Shown: piece by piece, positions 61,271 through 64,000 of the stretch
Layout: every line of letters begins with the position of its first letter
Numbering within the stretch: the stretch's first letter is position 1
The notes under the pieces: generated by a model
Databases searched by the model: none
Told to the model about the DNA's origin: nothing
The model's input: the letters and a program-made list of their open reading frames with translations, nothing else
Made by a program: the position numbers and the translations under genes
NCBI RefSeq assembly: GCF_018350175.1
Contig: NC_058368.1
Coordinates: forward strand, 118,050,001 to 118,114,000
Direction of reading: 5' to 3'
DNA from: Felis catus
Taxonomy: Eukaryota
Length of the DNA stretch: 64,000 nucleotides

Positions 61271-61887
61271 ATAGGAGTGTTTGGTTTGGGTTGCCATCAA
61301 TATTGTTCTCACTGTGTGCTGTGGTTGCGTAATTGTCTGGGCATCCGGCTCTGCCAGGACAAGGGGAGCTTCTTGAGGACCTGGCCTGTTATGTCCTCGG
61401 CATAGCAGGTGGGTCACCCCAGGCCTGTTGAGCAGGGGCCGATGATCAAAGATAATGAGTACATGCATCTAACAGAGGCAGAACTGTTCTGCACAGGCAG
61501 GAACCCCAAGGGATGGTATGTTCTGTTCTCCATCTCTGCACCTCGGAACCCACAAATTGTTTCTGACAGATGGGTGTTTAGCATGTTCTTGAAAGATATT
61601 CTCTGTTCCCTCTGGGGACATCCATGGTGGGTTTAACCACATCATTCCAAACTGGCGAAATGACGTCGGCATGCTTACCTCTCCTGACCCTGATTCTACT
61701 TCAATGCCCCCAGTTTTGAGAAGGAATTAAAGAATATTTATTTTTTCCAGTGGAGGGGCTATAACCAGAATATTATTATTTTTAAGATCAGAGACAGTTT
61801 TTAAGACGTGGAAATTTTTGTGTCAGCTAAATCTTAATTGTTCTAGGGATACCTAATGTCAAGTTAGTGACTTTCCCAGGCATATTT

Positions 61888-62111
61888 CTTTTTTGTTTTT
61901 AAGTTTATTTATTTATTTTGAGAGAGAGAGAGAGAGTGCACACACACAAGCAGGGGAAGGGCAGAAAGAGAGGGAGAAAGAGGATCTCAAGCAGGCCCCA
62001 GGTTGTCAGTACAGAGCCTGACGCCGGGCTCGATCTCACGAACAGCAAGATCATGACCTGAGCTGAGATCAAGAGTCAGACGCTTAAACAACCGAGCCAC
62101 CCAGGCACTCC
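61888..62111 (-). mobile_element. CanSINE
   Basis: Full body; TSD AGGCATATT. Confidence 0.95.
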
Positions 62112-62793
62112 TCTAGGCATATTCCTACTGCATTGTTTAAAAAAGTGCTTTCTGTTTGTTTCTTTTTGCCTCATAGCAACTCCACCGTAAAATAAATAAG
62201 ACACAGAAGAGAGACAATCCAAATAATTACGCTTAGGAAATTTTATTAAAATGTGGTAGGGAAAGGAAGAGGGGAGGCCATTGCCTGCTGAAGTTCTGGG
62301 GAGGGCTCATTAATGGTACTTGGTGTCACCCCTCACCTCTGTCCCTGTTAACCTATAATTTTGGGTAAAAGTCACTGCATTTGGAGACCATATCTGGAAT
62401 TGGAAGTCAAGGGTGAGTTGTTGTGGAAAACTCTCCCTGTTCCTCAGAGCTTCCACTGTGGATCAGAATGTGGGCCACCGAGTCCCAGCCCCAGTCTGCA
62501 GCCTCAGGCAGCCATGTAGACACTGCAGCCCCAAAGCAGGAAGGGTATTATTTGTCATAGTGACGGCCTTGATCTCAACACGGGCCGCCATGGAGATCCA
62601 TTGCCTTGGAATCTATCTGACTTTCCAGGACAGAATGCTTCCTCAGAAAAATTCCACAAAATGCTTTCTAATTACCAGGACTGTTTTGGCAGTCATTTCC
62701 TTGGAGGAAGCCTGAAGGCCTTGGGTAAAGGTGGCACCAAAGCCTACTTGGCTTCAGAGTTAACTGTAACATCAGGCAAACAGAAACTTGAGC

Positions 62794-62860
62794 TTTCCTT
62801 TCCTTTCCTTTCCTTTCCTTTCCTTTCCTTTCCTTTCCTTTCCTTTCCTTTCCTTTCCTC
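62794..62860. repeat. (TTTCC)n microsatellite
   Basis: About 13 pentamer units. Confidence 0.97.
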
Positions 62861-62879
62861 CTTTTCATAAATTTTATTC

Positions 62880-62887
62880 TTTTTAAA

Positions 62888-62926
<39 letters not shown>

Positions 62927-63083
62927 TATTTTAGAGAGAGAGATTTCAGGACAGAGGGACAGAGGGAGAGAGAGACAGAGAATCCCAAGCAGGTTCTGTG
63001 CTCCATATGGAGCCTGACAATGGGCTTGAAGCCTCAGTCCTGGGATCATGACCTGAGCTGACTGAGCCACCCAGGCACCCCCC
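62880..63083 (-). mobile_element. CanSINE with (ATT)n tail and small head deletion
   Basis: GACCTGAGCTGA|CTGAGCCACCCAGGCACCCC junction. Confidence 0.92.
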
Positions 63084-64000
63084 ACTCATTTTCCTTAGAT
63101 GGATTGGGGTTACAGTCACTGGTGAACCTACCTGCATGAGTAGAGTTACATTTACTGCCCTCTGGGTTATCCCAGGCACTTCTGTGGCGAGTCAAGCATA
63201 GGGGAGGGGGCAAACATGCATCCAAACCTGGAGCGTGAGAGATGACCCAGACAGAGGCTGTGGATGTCGCAAGCCCCCGAGGCATGGGTGCCACTGTGAC
63301 CCTTCCCCTCCATCCTTTGACCTGGTGCCTCTGCCCTCCCCTAGGAGAATTATTATCCAGTGTGTGCCTCTTTCTGTCTGCTGGTAGGAACTCAGCTTCC
63401 TAGAGCTTGAAAACTAGCTTAGTCTTCCACCATTGCTGCTTGGGAAATAGGCCTCTCCACTCTTCCCACCCTACCCCGTCCTTCATACCAAATGGAAAAG
63501 GAATGGCATCTTGGAGCATCTCTTTGAAGGATTACTAGGGCCTTCCCTGTGAAAGGTCAATTACTAGTTTCCAAATTCAAATAACTTTATGTACCACACA
63601 ATAACAGGGGTCCTTGAGCATCTCTAAACGTTTTTCGTGCTGGTTGACTTCCAGCTGCAAGGCCTGGTCCTTGAGGCTTCAGGAGGTTAAGTTTACCACC
63701 CAAGGTGGCTGGAATTTTCCCTGCCATAGATGAGACTCTACTTCAGAGATGAGAGGCCTTCCTTAAAGGGACCAGTAAAGCCCCTGAAGCAGAAACAGGA
63801 GGAGACAAGGGAAGAGGAGGCTGGGGCTGGATCAGAGTGCTTCTGTGGGGAGGGTGAAGAGCCCTCTCCAGGACCAGCATTCCTCCGTGCTCACCTGCTG
63901 CCTCCCCCAACCCCCATGGGAGAAGGACTGCCCTAAAACAGCAGTAGGTAGATCTGATGGAAGAGCTTTCTTCTAGTAGTTTCCAGAACCTAAAGAAAAG

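Noticed and set aside
1..64000. Host gene identity or a novel multi-gene system
   Set aside because: No recognisable coding exon, operon-like organisation or spacer array; naming a gene or system would be a guess.

Overview
Mammalian genomic DNA from a felid, very probably domestic cat or a close relative. The evidence is about 45 tRNA-derived carnivore SINEs (CanSINE/SINEC), including young Felis-type copies. The window begins in a CpG-rich shoulder (1-~560) and is otherwise repeat-dense non-coding sequence: CanSINEs, MIR, L2, CR1/L3, L1, MaLR/ERVL LTRs, and hAT and Tc1/mariner DNA-transposon fossils, with a few repeat-free islands. I recognise no protein-coding exon and cannot name a host gene; the supplied ORFs look like chance or repeat-derived frames. 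The CpG edge and a minus-strand SINE/LTR bias suggest, by inference only, a long 5' intron of a + strand gene. I cannot support a novel gene system. The most unusual items are retroelement structures: a ~690 bp L1 made of a 5' end fused directly to a 3'UTR (43311-43999), a probable L1 3' transduction (57552-59420), a probable SINE-associated deletion (8225-8990), and a ~97% identical inverted pair of young SINEs. Repeat family names come from recalled consensus motifs, not a database search, and boundaries of old repeats are approximate.
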